A stretch of 64,000 nucleotides of DNA from an uncultured Verrucomicrobiota bacterium (lineage in GTDB: Bacteria > Verrucomicrobiota > Verrucomicrobiia > Limisphaerales > UBA9464): the NCBI GenBank assembly GCA_903907995.1, contig CAIVQH010000002.1, forward strand, positions 75,286-139,285, written 5' to 3'. Positions 26,329 to 35,328 of the stretch are shown in pieces. Both the position numbers and the translations under genes were made by a program. The notes under the pieces are model-generated. The model did not search any database. It worked only from the letters and a program-made list of their open reading frames with translations, and had not been told where the DNA came from. Positions within the stretch are counted from its first letter, which is position 1. Each line of letters starts with the position of its first letter.

Positions 26329-26416
26329 GAACCGCTGACGGACACTGAGCCGCACTGATAAGGTCCGCCTTCGCCGCCATTCCCCATCAGTGTCGATCAG
26401 TGAAGATCAGCGGTTC
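26329..26416. repeat. Composite imperfect palindrome: three CTGA units at 10-nt spacing on each arm
   Basis: The left arm has ctga at about 26335, 26345 and 26355. The right arm has tcag at about 26388, 26398 and 26408. The outer arms gaaccgctga (26329-26338) and tcagcggttc (26407-26416) are perfect complements. Confidence 0.8.
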
Positions 26417-26425
26417 AACTCCGGG

Positions 26426-29400
26426 TCATGGTCCGGCCATCACGGTGAGGGTCACGCCGGTCGCGTCATAGCTGGCATTGAGTTTGAGTCCGGCCGCCAG
26501 GCCCGTGGTGGTGATGGTGGCGAATTGCCCGCTGCGCTGCGAGGTCGTCAGGATGCGGAACGTGTCGCCCACGGCCGGCTGGTAGCCGGGGGCAATGGTG
26601 ACGAGCAGGGTGCCGCTGAGACTGGCCTGAAGATCGACGTTGATCTGGTCAAAACCGGTGCCCGGAGCCGTGCCGGCCAGATCGATGGCCAGCGTTCCCG
26701 CCGCGCCCTGGGTGTACATTCCGGTCAGGTGAAACATGCCGATCGGGGCGTCGGGCAGACCAGGGGAGACCACGGCCCCTGTGTTGTTGAAGGGATACAC
26801 CTCAAGCGTGCCGTAGCCGGTGAGGTTGCCGCCGAGGAGATTGAAGACGCCGTAGCCCGCAAATCCGCTTCCCGCCAAGCGCAGTTCGCCGGCGGTCTGC
26901 GAGAAGTCGTTCAGCTGGAGTTTGCCGCTCTGCACGGCGACGAGCCCGCTGTTGTGCATCGGGAATTGGACGTACGAAAGGCCGGTGCCGCCTGATTTCT
27001 GGAATGTTCCGGCATTGATGAAGAGGGCCTGTCCGTAGGTGCCGCCCGACTGGATGTTGAAGTCGCCCGATATGTCAAAGGTGGCCCCGGCCAGGTTGCG
27101 GAAGGTGGTCCCCACGATGATGTTGGCCACGAGTTCGGCCGCGCCGGCGTTGTCGAAAGGGCGGGCGGCATATCCGCCGCCCGACACCTGCGTGTAGAAC
27201 TGCACGTTGCCCAGCGTGGAGTTGCCCCGGACAGTGAGCTTGCCGGAGCCACTGAGGGCTGCGCTTTGGGCGATGAACGGTCCGGTGACCTCCACATCGC
27301 CCGAGCCGAGCAGGTAGGCCAGATTGGTGAGAGTCAGGGAACGGGGCATGACGGTGCCGCCGCCCTGGCTGAAATCAAGGACGCCTCCGTCCACGACGAT
27401 GTCATTGGTCAGGTTGAGGTCTGGAGAGAGGAAGGTCGCCCGGCTGCCACTTCCCACGGTCAGGAGACTGCCCAAATTCAGGAGCGGCCCGTTGAAGACG
27501 ACCGCTGGCGCCGCCGAGTTTCCGCCGCCCACCTGGGTGCTTCCAGTCACGTCATAACTGCCGCCGACGTTAATGTTTCCGGTCTGAAACCGCACCAGTC
27601 CCGCTCCATGGATCGAGGCGGCAACTCCGAGCGTGTGGACGCCGCCAAATTCCAAGGTGCTCGGGGCCGCAATTTCAAAGCTGCCCGTCGAAAGTCCGCC
27701 CCCGTCCAGCTTCAGGCTGCCGTTGGCGACGGAAACGGAACCGCGATTGTTGAAGGCCACCTGGCTGAAATTGATTCCGCCATCGTTGCCGAAGACCCGG
27801 AACTGCCCGTCATTGTCAAAGCGGGCCCCCGCCTGAAACCCGTCATAGACGATGATCTGACGGTCGAACGCATCCCAGACGCCGCTCGAGCCGTTGTGGA
27901 TCACCGCCGCCGGATCATCGACAATGATTCCGTTGTCATTGGGTTCGTTCCAAGTGACATGTCCCCGGGTGACCAAGGTGTGCTGGATGATGCGTGAGGG
28001 GGTGCCGGTGATGTTGATGTCGCCGTCCACCACAGTTGTCCCGCCGCCATCCAGGGCGCCCGTCTGCCAGTTGAAGCTGCCGGTGACCTCCAGCTCCGTT
28101 CCGGGAGCGATGGAAAGGGTCGCGGCATTCAAGGAGAGGCTGTTTTCGATGAGTGACCGTCGGGCGAGGCTGAAAGTGCCGCCGCCGATGACGAGGGGCT
28201 CACGGCTCAACAGGCTGTCGAGGCTCAGGCTGCCGCCGTTGTAGCTCACGGTGTAGGTGCCGTTGGTGCGGTCAATCAGCACAAAGTCGCCGGCTGCGGG
28301 CAGAGTCTGGTTGGTCCAGTTTTTCGGGGTGAACCAGGCGCCGGCAGCATCCACGTCCCAAGTCACCGCGGATCGCAGGGAGAAGGTCCAGCTGAACGCG
28401 GCTGCCAGGTGAACTCCATTGGTATCCGTCACCTCGGGGTTGAGGGTGGCGCGATAATCGCCGACGGGCAGCGAACCCGGCAGGGTGAAGAGCACGGACT
28501 GTGATGCCGGATCATAGCTGGCTGTCCCCGTCTGTGTTTCGTCGTCTGCCGTGTCCAGCAGGCCATCGGGGCCAGAGCCCTTCAGTTGCAGGCTGCTGCC
28601 GGCGACGGAGGCCGGGTCCAGCGGCTTGTCCAAATAGGCCCGGACCGTTGCGAGCCCCGATGGCAGCACCGCCTTGGCCAGCGGAGCTGTATTCGTCACC
28701 ATCGGCGGAGTAACACCGGCCTTCACCAGCACGGTGATTTCGTCGGTGGCCGTGGCATTCCCCCCGGTGTCGAAAGCGCGGGCCATCACCGTGAAGCTGG
28801 TTTCATTGGTCGTCGCGGGCGTGGTGAAGCGGAAGTCGAACGGGTAGGCGCCGACGTTCGCGGCAAGGTAACCGTTGAGGTAGAACTCGACGTTCCGCAC
28901 CTGCACGTCGTCCACCGCCAGCGCGGTGACGACGACCGGCGTGCCAGGCTCCGCCACGGCCGGGGCGAGCGGGAAGCTGGCGCTCAGCGAAACCGTGGGC
29001 GGATGGCCCAGTGTGTCGGTGGGAAGGTAGTTGACCACCCCCAGGCCGCCGACCCCTGCGAACGGACCGTACGCCACATAGGCGCGACCTTGATTGATGG
29101 CGATGCTGATGACCCGTTCCGGCAGGGTGAAGGTGCCCTGTACCGGGACCGCGTTTTGCGGGTCGTGCAGATCCAGAGCGAGCAGGTTGGCCCCACCCGC
29201 CAGCACCGTCCCGGAGCCGGTCGCAGCCGCGTCGAATACGGTGAAATGCGCCGGCGGTGCCACCAACTGCAAGCCTCCCGGCGTATCGTTGATGATGATG
29301 ATGCCGGAAGACAGGAACGTCGGCAGCGTGTCGATTCCGGTGAGGTAGACATAGCCCGGGCCCAGCGCCAGATGGGTACGCGCGTTGATCTTGTAGTCCG

Positions 29401-32400
29401 CCCCTTCCAGCAGCAGGGAGGCGGTATCGGCCCCCAAGGTTCGGCCGACGTTGAACCGATGCACATAGTTCCGGCCCGGGCTGCTGATAAACCGTCCGGT
29501 CAGGAGATAAACCGAGCTGCCCGACACGGCGATGTCCTGCGGTGTGTCTGTCTGGACCAGGTTGCCCATATAGCGCTGGTCAAGCAAACCGTTGGCCACC
29601 AGATCAACCAGGTAGAGTGTGTCTTCGCTGAGCACGTAGGCCAGATCCCCCGCCACGGCAATGGCGTTCAAATCAGCCGTCGCACCGAGACCGATGAAAC
29701 GGCTCAGGACCGGCTGAACCGGATTCGACAGATCGATGATGGCCAGCCCGGTCCGGCCCACCGTGGCGAGACCGCTCTCTCCCGCAAAAGCCACGGCATT
29801 GACGGTGCCCAAGGGCAGGAGGGAAACCAGCGTCGGCTGGGCGGTGCTGATATCGTAGACGCCCAGACCGGAGTCGCCCTCGGCCAGGAGCGCGTACTTG
29901 CCATGCACTGCCACTTGGAAGCCGGGCCCGCTCGCCGGAGCGGTGCCGAGGACACGTGGAAGCCCCGCGTCGCCATCCAATGGATCAGTGCCCGCCACGA
30001 CTTCCGCGCCGTCGCTCACGCCGTCACCGTCGGTGTCGGCCTTGTGAGGATCGGTGCCGAGCACGTTTTCTGCCTCGTCGGGCAGGCCGTCGCCGTCCGA
30101 ATCCTTCGGGTCCGCCGGATTCATGGCGGCACGCGGGATGCCCGTGATCTGGCCATTGTCCGCCGACTTGAAGACCGTGTGACCGACGTAGAAATCATCG
30201 CGGTCAAAATAGTCGAGCTGGTAGTAGGCGTTGGCCTGCAGCGGGAGATTGTCGAACAGTCCGAGCAGGTTGAGGTGCCCATATTGCTTGGAGCCGCCGG
30301 CGCTCAGATTGACGAGCCGGTAGGCCAGAGGCTTTTGCGCCTGGGGTTGCCCGGCCTGTGCCTTGTCCTCGGCGGAAAATGGATCGGTGACCCCCCGGAA
30401 AGAGGCGTCATAGGTGGTAAGCCAGCCGCGGGATTGAAGCGTCAGGGCGACGTCCAGGAGCCGTTGCGCCGCCGCCTGCACAGCGGCCGGATTGAATTCC
30501 GCCGGGGTCAGTGTGCCCGCCGCCGCGCGGTCGAAACGGTCGAGCAGGGCGGCGGCAGCGGCCTTGGTCAGGTTGGAGGGCAGGGGCATTTGCAGCAGAG
30601 CGGCCTGCTCTTCCGCGGTCAGTCGGACGTCGCCGGGCGTACCCGGCTGACGGGCGTTTTGTATGGCCGTGAAAAAATTCACGAGGATCGGCGCCTCCGT
30701 CACGTCGACTTCCGTCCATGCCACGTTGCCGAAGACCACCGTATCCAGATCGGCGGCGGCCTGCAGCAGGGCGAGCTGTTCCGCAAAGACGTTGGGTGTG
30801 ATGGTCGGATCGGCGGGAAGCGGCCGTCCCTTGCGAGGGTGGTCGGAGGCGTTCGGGTTCTGCAGGTTGCACAGGGCGAGTTCGCCCGCCGCCTTGTTGG
30901 CATCGATCAGGCAGGACTTGTAAATGCCGCCGTAAGTACTCACGGCACTAAAGCCCGGGCCCAGAATGGGGATGCAGCCCAGGGCGGTGTTGGCGACGTT
31001 GTTGAAGATGGTCGCCCCGCAGGTTGAAGGGTCGATGTTGCAGTCAGCCACACTGCCGATCACCCCCTGCGCCGCGCTGATCGCGCAACCCAGGCCGGGT
31101 GTCGCCTCCGCCGCAGTCAGGAGCACCGCAAAGCCGATCCCCACGCCGCATTGGATGGCGTTGCTTTCGGCCGACTTGCGCTGCTGCTTGCAGGGGTCTT
31201 TCGGGTCGGGAGGGGAATTCGGATTGTTGGGGTCATTGGGTCCGTTCGGTCCGTCCGGGCCACCACCACCGCCGCCACCGCCGGAGCCGGGATAGGGGAT
31301 GTCCCAGCCGGGCTGGCGGACCCCGACGCCCGCGTCGCACTCCAGAAACTGGCCGTCCGCGCTGACGGTCATTCCGCCCTGAATCTCCCAGCGGCCCGTC
31401 TTGTGGTTGAAACTCCACAGGGCGCTCTTGCCGCCCGGGGGCAGCACTTTGCCGGTGACCCGGTCCGGCAGGTTGGGGAAACGGACCGGCACGGGCTGGT
31501 CAAAATTGTTCGGTCCGTCGGTCTGGATGGTGATGACAAAGGCCGGGTTGATACCTGCCGGCAGGGGGGCGGGCAGGCGGTCTGGGGAGACCGGGGCGAT
31601 ACCTAGCCGGCCGCCGCGGGTGCCATCATTCGCGTAGAGCGCGTTGGGCGGAACTGTCAGCGTCACACCGGCGAGCGCGGGGTTGGCAGCCAGCACCGCC
31701 GGCGGGAAGGTGATTACGGTGTTGGTGAGCGCGCTGACGGCCTTGAGCGTGCCCTTGGCGATCTTGGGCAGAAAAATGTCGCCGGTGCCGCCCGCGAGAT
31801 TGTTGGTCTTGCCGGCGATGGCTTCCCACGGTTTGCCGACAAACGGGTAATACGCCCCCGAGGGATACTGGCTGCCGTTGGCGGTGCGACCGTCAATTTT
31901 CACGAAGAAACGTCCCGCCGGACAGGGATTGAGCGAGAAAAAGCCGTTGGCATCCGTGACGGTACGCAGGGTCTGTTCCTGGCCGTCCACGGTGATGGTC
32001 ACATTGGCCAGCGGCAGATTCATCGTGTTTGTGGTGCCCGGTCCGGCGATCAGCTCCGAAGCATACACATGGCCGATGATGCCCGTGCCATCGATGGGCG
32101 TGCTGCCGAAGGTCTGAAACGTGATGGTCGCCATGCCGCCGGGTTGGCGGTCCCCATCGGCGTCCAGCTCGCGCCCCAGTTCGTCCCGCAGCCCGGTCCC
32201 GTCGAAGACGGCGGTTACCTGCGAGCCCGCCGGCAGGGGTTCCAAGTAGAACAGCGTCGCGGTGCGCCGGTCACTGCCGAGCTCAATCCGGCTCAACAGA
32301 CGCCGTCCCTGATACCCCGCGAAGAAGTTGTCGGACGAGAAGAGCGTGTTGGTGGCCAAGGGCGTCGAGAAGCGAAGGATGGTCTCGCGCATGACCCCGA

Positions 32401-32689
32401 CCCCGATTTCACCGTTGGCCGGGGACGATTCGGCAATCGTCGTCAGCGGAGCCGGTCCCAGCCGGAAAAAACGCTCCAGGCCCGAAGGGGGCAGCGTCAC
32501 CGTGTTGCGGTTGTCGGTTCCGAGCGCGGCGGTGACCAGGACCGGTTCCCAATCGTCGTTTGGCTTGAGGGTCGCGAGCGATTCCAGCCGGAACCCCGAC
32601 GGGCTGTTGGTCCATTGCAGTTGGACATTACCGTTGACGAGGGTCACCCCGAGCTCCGGGATCTGGGCCCGGAGGCCAAAGGTCGGCAA
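26426..32689 (-). CDS. Giant (2087 aa) secreted multidomain surface protein
   Basis: TTG start in the track. Domains recognised by eye: an N-terminal Ig-like module (..FRLESLATL..ERFFRLGP), an SbsA-like Ig, and a carboxypeptidase-regulatory-like fold (VTITVDGQEQTLRTVTDANGFF). Then a poly-Gly plus Cys-rich module and TSP3-type Asp repeats (DSDGDGLPDEAENVLGTDPHKADTDGDGVSDGAE). Then LVIVD-like repeats (GLGVYDISTAQP, GLAIIDLSNPVQP), Ig-like domains, and long C-terminal autotransporter-associated beta-strand-type repeats with no barrel domain. Confidence 0.85.
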   Translation of the reverse strand: MPTFGLRAQIPELGVTLVNGNVQLQWTNSPSGFRLESLATLKPNDDWEPVLVTAALGTDNRNTVTLPPSGLERFFRLGPAPLTTIAESSPANGEIGVGVMRETILRFSTPLATNTLFSSDNFFAGYQGRRLLSRIELGSDRRTATLFYLEPLPAGSQVTAVFDGTGLRDELGRELDADGDRQPGGMATITFQTFGSTPIDGTGIIGHVYASELIAGPGTTNTMNLPLANVTITVDGQEQTLRTVTDANGFFSLNPCPAGRFFVKIDGRTANGSQYPSGAYYPFVGKPWEAIAGKTNNLAGGTGDIFLPKIAKGTLKAVSALTNTVITFPPAVLAANPALAGVTLTVPPNALYANDGTRGGRLGIAPVSPDRLPAPLPAGINPAFVITIQTDGPNNFDQPVPVRFPNLPDRVTGKVLPPGGKSALWSFNHKTGRWEIQGGMTVSADGQFLECDAGVGVRQPGWDIPYPGSGGGGGGGGPDGPNGPNDPNNPNSPPDPKDPCKQQRKSAESNAIQCGVGIGFAVLLTAAEATPGLGCAISAAQGVIGSVADCNIDPSTCGATIFNNVANTALGCIPILGPGFSAVSTYGGIYKSCLIDANKAAGELALCNLQNPNASDHPRKGRPLPADPTITPNVFAEQLALLQAAADLDTVVFGNVAWTEVDVTEAPILVNFFTAIQNARQPGTPGDVRLTAEEQAALLQMPLPSNLTKAAAAALLDRFDRAAAGTLTPAEFNPAAVQAAAQRLLDVALTLQSRGWLTTYDASFRGVTDPFSAEDKAQAGQPQAQKPLAYRLVNLSAGGSKQYGHLNLLGLFDNLPLQANAYYQLDYFDRDDFYVGHTVFKSADNGQITGIPRAAMNPADPKDSDGDGLPDEAENVLGTDPHKADTDGDGVSDGAEVVAGTDPLDGDAGLPRVLGTAPASGPGFQVAVHGKYALLAEGDSGLGVYDISTAQPTLVSLLPLGTVNAVAFAGESGLATVGRTGLAIIDLSNPVQPVLSRFIGLGATADLNAIAVAGDLAYVLSEDTLYLVDLVANGLLDQRYMGNLVQTDTPQDIAVSGSSVYLLTGRFISSPGRNYVHRFNVGRTLGADTASLLLEGADYKINARTHLALGPGYVYLTGIDTLPTFLSSGIIIINDTPGGLQLVAPPAHFTVFDAAATGSGTVLAGGANLLALDLHDPQNAVPVQGTFTLPERVISIAINQGRAYVAYGPFAGVGGLGVVNYLPTDTLGHPPTVSLSASFPLAPAVAEPGTPVVVTALAVDDVQVRNVEFYLNGYLAANVGAYPFDFRFTTPATTNETSFTVMARAFDTGGNATATDEITVLVKAGVTPPMVTNTAPLAKAVLPSGLATVRAYLDKPLDPASVAGSSLQLKGSGPDGLLDTADDETQTGTASYDPASQSVLFTLPGSLPVGDYRATLNPEVTDTNGVHLAAAFSWTFSLRSAVTWDVDAAGAWFTPKNWTNQTLPAAGDFVLIDRTNGTYTVSYNGGSLSLDSLLSREPLVIGGGTFSLARRSLIENSLSLNAATLSIAPGTELEVTGSFNWQTGALDGGGTTVVDGDINITGTPSRIIQHTLVTRGHVTWNEPNDNGIIVDDPAAVIHNGSSGVWDAFDRQIIVYDGFQAGARFDNDGQFRVFGNDGGINFSQVAFNNRGSVSVANGSLKLDGGGLSTGSFEIAAPSTLEFGGVHTLGVAASIHGAGLVRFQTGNINVGGSYDVTGSTQVGGGNSAAPAVVFNGPLLNLGSLLTVGSGSRATFLSPDLNLTNDIVVDGGVLDFSQGGGTVMPRSLTLTNLAYLLGSGDVEVTGPFIAQSAALSGSGKLTVRGNSTLGNVQFYTQVSGGGYAARPFDNAGAAELVANIIVGTTFRNLAGATFDISGDFNIQSGGTYGQALFINAGTFQKSGGTGLSYVQFPMHNSGLVAVQSGKLQLNDFSQTAGELRLAGSGFAGYGVFNLLGGNLTGYGTLEVYPFNNTGAVVSPGLPDAPIGMFHLTGMYTQGAAGTLAIDLAGTAPGTGFDQINVDLQASLSGTLLVTIAPGYQPAVGDTFRILTTSQRSGQFATITTTGLAAGLKLNASYDATGVTLTVMAGP

Positions 32690-32901
32690 CAGCAGCAGGC
32701 AGAGAAAGACCGCCTGGCGGTGAAAAAAGCTTCATAATGCAATGGTTCGAACGGACTTGGCGCCACCGCCACCCAGGCCGGATCGGACTCCCCCCAAGGG
32801 TGGCAACGCTGGGGGTTTGGCGAAACCCCCGCCACCAATTACACGCAAAGTTTGCGTGGCGCGTTGCGCCCGCTGCCGACTTTCGGCAGCCTGCCGCCGA
32901 C

Positions 32902-35217
32902 ATGGCTGCTCAAACCAAGCCCGCCTTCCGCCCTTACATCCCCGCCGCCAGCCGGCTCCGCGAACTCAGCCTGCGCTCGATCCTCGTCGGCACGGTGCTG
33001 GGAATGATCTTCGGCATGTCGTCGCTCTACCTCACGCTCAAGGTCGGCCTGACCGTTAGCGCGAGCATTCCCGTGGCGGTGATCTCGATCACGCTGTTCC
33101 GCTTCTGGGCGCAATTGGGCGGACGTGACGCCACCATCCTCGAGCACAACCTGGCACAGACCGCCGGTTCAGCAGGTGAATCCATCGCCTTTGGCGTTGG
33201 GGTGACCATGCCGGCCATTTTGATTCTCGGTTTCGACCTCGAAATCTGGCGGGTGCTGCTCGTGGCCGTGTTGGGCGGACTTTTGGGCATCCTGATGATG
33301 ATCCCGCTCCGCCGGGCCCTGATCGTCCTCCAGCATGAGGAGCTGAAATATCCCGAAGGCACCGCCTGTGCGGAAGTGCTCAAAGCCGGGGCCAACGCCG
33401 AATCGCGCGCTGCGGCTGACCCAATCTACCACGATGAAAAGAGCGTCGCGGGCATCAGTGCCAAGACAATCTTCGCCGGCTTCGGCCTCGGACTGCTTTA
33501 CAAATCGGTGCAGGTTGCCGGGAAGCTCTGGAAAGAGGTTCCCGAAAAGGTCTTTGGCGCACCGCTCAAGGCCGGCTCGATTTCGTGCGAGATTTCGCCG
33601 GAAATGCTCGGGATCGGCTATATCATCGGCCCCCGTATTGGTGGCGTCATGGCGGCGGGCGGCGTGCTGAGCTACCTGCTGCTCATTCCGCTCATCAAGT
33701 TCTTCGGCGAATCGCTCAGTGAACCGTTGGCCCCGGCCACCACGGTGCTGATCCGCGACATGGAGCCCAGCCAAATCCGTTCCGCCTACATTCTCTACAT
33801 TGGAGCGGGCGCAGTGGCGGCGGGCGGCCTCATCAGCCTGGCCCGGGCGTTGCCCACGATGTGGCATGGGTTGAAGGCGGGCCTCTCCGATCTTACCGGC
33901 ATTGGCCACGATCAGCCGAAGCAACCGACCGGCACAGCCGAGAAGATTCGGCAGCTCACTTCCGCGGTCATTCCGCGCACGGAACGCGACCTGTCCATGA
34001 AGTTCGTGCTGATCGGTGTCGTGCTCCTGATCACCGGGATCACGCTTGCCCCACCGCTCCACATGAATTTGCTGGGGGCCGCCCTGATCGTGCTGCTGGG
34101 CTTCCTCTTCGTCACGGTGTCCTCGCGGCTCACAGGTGAGATCGGTTCCTCTTCGAACCCGATCTCGGGCATGACCATCGCGACCCTGCTGCTGACCTGT
34201 CTGGCCTTCCTGGCGGTGGGCTGGACCGGCAACACCTACTATGTCACCGCACTTTCGGTAGGTGCGGTCGTATGCATCGCGTGTTCGAACGGCGGTACGA
34301 CGTCGCAGGATTTGAAGACGGGCTTCCTCATCGGCGGCACACCCAAATATCAGCAGATCGCCATTCTCATCGGTGCCTTCGCCTCCGCATTGGTGCTCGG
34401 CCCAACCCTCCTCAAGCTGAACCAGAACGGCACGGTGTATGTGGATGCCGCGCAGGTGTCGCCTTCACTCCGCGTACCCGTGGCGGAGCTGGTCGGATTG
34501 AAAAAGGAGCACATCACCGGCCCGCAGGCCGGGGACGATTCGCAGGATTACTTCGTCTGGCACCAGCCTGATCCGCAGGGCGGCGCGGCGAAGAAGTTCC
34601 TGGTGGATGCCACGGGCAAGCCGGTCTGGATGGTGGATCCCGGCATCAACGGCACCGTCAAGGAACTGCCCGACGGCTCGAAGGTGACCAAATACGACGC
34701 CCCCAAGGCCACCCTGGTCAGCTACATCATCAAGGGAATCCTGGACCGCAAGCTGCCGTGGGCGCTCGTCCTGTTCGGCGTCATGATCTCCGTCACACTC
34801 GAACTGTGCGGGATCGGCTCGCTTGCTTTCGCGGTAGGCGTCTATCTGCCGATCTCGACCTCGCTGCCCATCTTCGTGGGCGGCCTTGTACGCTGGCTGG
34901 TGGACCGCCATTCCCGGAGCAAGCATGTCGATGCCGGACTGACCGAGGAGCAGATCATCGCCGAAAGCGACAAGTCCCCCGGCGTGCTGATGGCCTCCGG
35001 CTACATCGCCGGTGGCGCGATCGCCGGCATCGTCATCGCCTTCATGGCCGCGGCCCTGAGCAGGTACGATCACGCACTGACGGAGTGGGCCGAAAAATCC
35101 AACGGGTTCTATGCCGGACCGTATTCCGACCTGCTCGCGCTGTTGCCTTTCGCTGTCCTCTGCGGGCTGCTCTATCTGGCTGCGCGGGAGAAGATCCTGG
35201 CCAGGAAACGGGCCTGA
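32902..35217 (+). CDS. OPT-family oligopeptide transporter
   Basis: ATG at 32902 (MAAQTKPAFRPYIP..). Many TM segments. Motifs NLAQTAGSAGESIAFG, EELKYPEGTACAEVLKAG, GEIGSSSNPISGMTIATLL and SQDLKTGFLIGGTPKYQQ. Confidence 0.85.
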   Translation: MAAQTKPAFRPYIPAASRLRELSLRSILVGTVLGMIFGMSSLYLTLKVGLTVSASIPVAVISITLFRFWAQLGGRDATILEHNLAQTAGSAGESIAFGVGVTMPAILILGFDLEIWRVLLVAVLGGLLGILMMIPLRRALIVLQHEELKYPEGTACAEVLKAGANAESRAAADPIYHDEKSVAGISAKTIFAGFGLGLLYKSVQVAGKLWKEVPEKVFGAPLKAGSISCEISPEMLGIGYIIGPRIGGVMAAGGVLSYLLLIPLIKFFGESLSEPLAPATTVLIRDMEPSQIRSAYILYIGAGAVAAGGLISLARALPTMWHGLKAGLSDLTGIGHDQPKQPTGTAEKIRQLTSAVIPRTERDLSMKFVLIGVVLLITGITLAPPLHMNLLGAALIVLLGFLFVTVSSRLTGEIGSSSNPISGMTIATLLLTCLAFLAVGWTGNTYYVTALSVGAVVCIACSNGGTTSQDLKTGFLIGGTPKYQQIAILIGAFASALVLGPTLLKLNQNGTVYVDAAQVSPSLRVPVAELVGLKKEHITGPQAGDDSQDYFVWHQPDPQGGAAKKFLVDATGKPVWMVDPGINGTVKELPDGSKVTKYDAPKATLVSYIIKGILDRKLPWALVLFGVMISVTLELCGIGSLAFAVGVYLPISTSLPIFVGGLVRWLVDRHSRSKHVDAGLTEEQIIAESDKSPGVLMASGYIAGGAIAGIVIAFMAAALSRYDHALTEWAEKSNGFYAGPYSDLLALLPFAVLCGLLYLAAREKILARKRA

Positions 35218-35328
35218 GTATTGCCCGACCGAAGGTTCGGGGCGGGGGCGGTGAAACTGGTGCCGTGCATACCGGGTAGCGGCCTTTGACAACTTTCGGC
35301 ACGTTAAACAGGGATGGTTTGGCGACCC

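Noticed and set aside
26405-26430. tRNA-like T-loop string gcggttcaactccggg
   Set aside because: The flanking bases do not form a T stem (agcgg versus ccggg) and no acceptor or anticodon arms are present. It is the right arm of the 26329-26416 palindrome.
28586-31027. 813-aa + strand ORF inside the giant surface-protein gene
   Set aside because: Antisense shadow. The minus strand carries recognisable TSP3, LVIVD and Ig-like repeats, whereas this frame is an R/G/D/H-rich low-information sequence.
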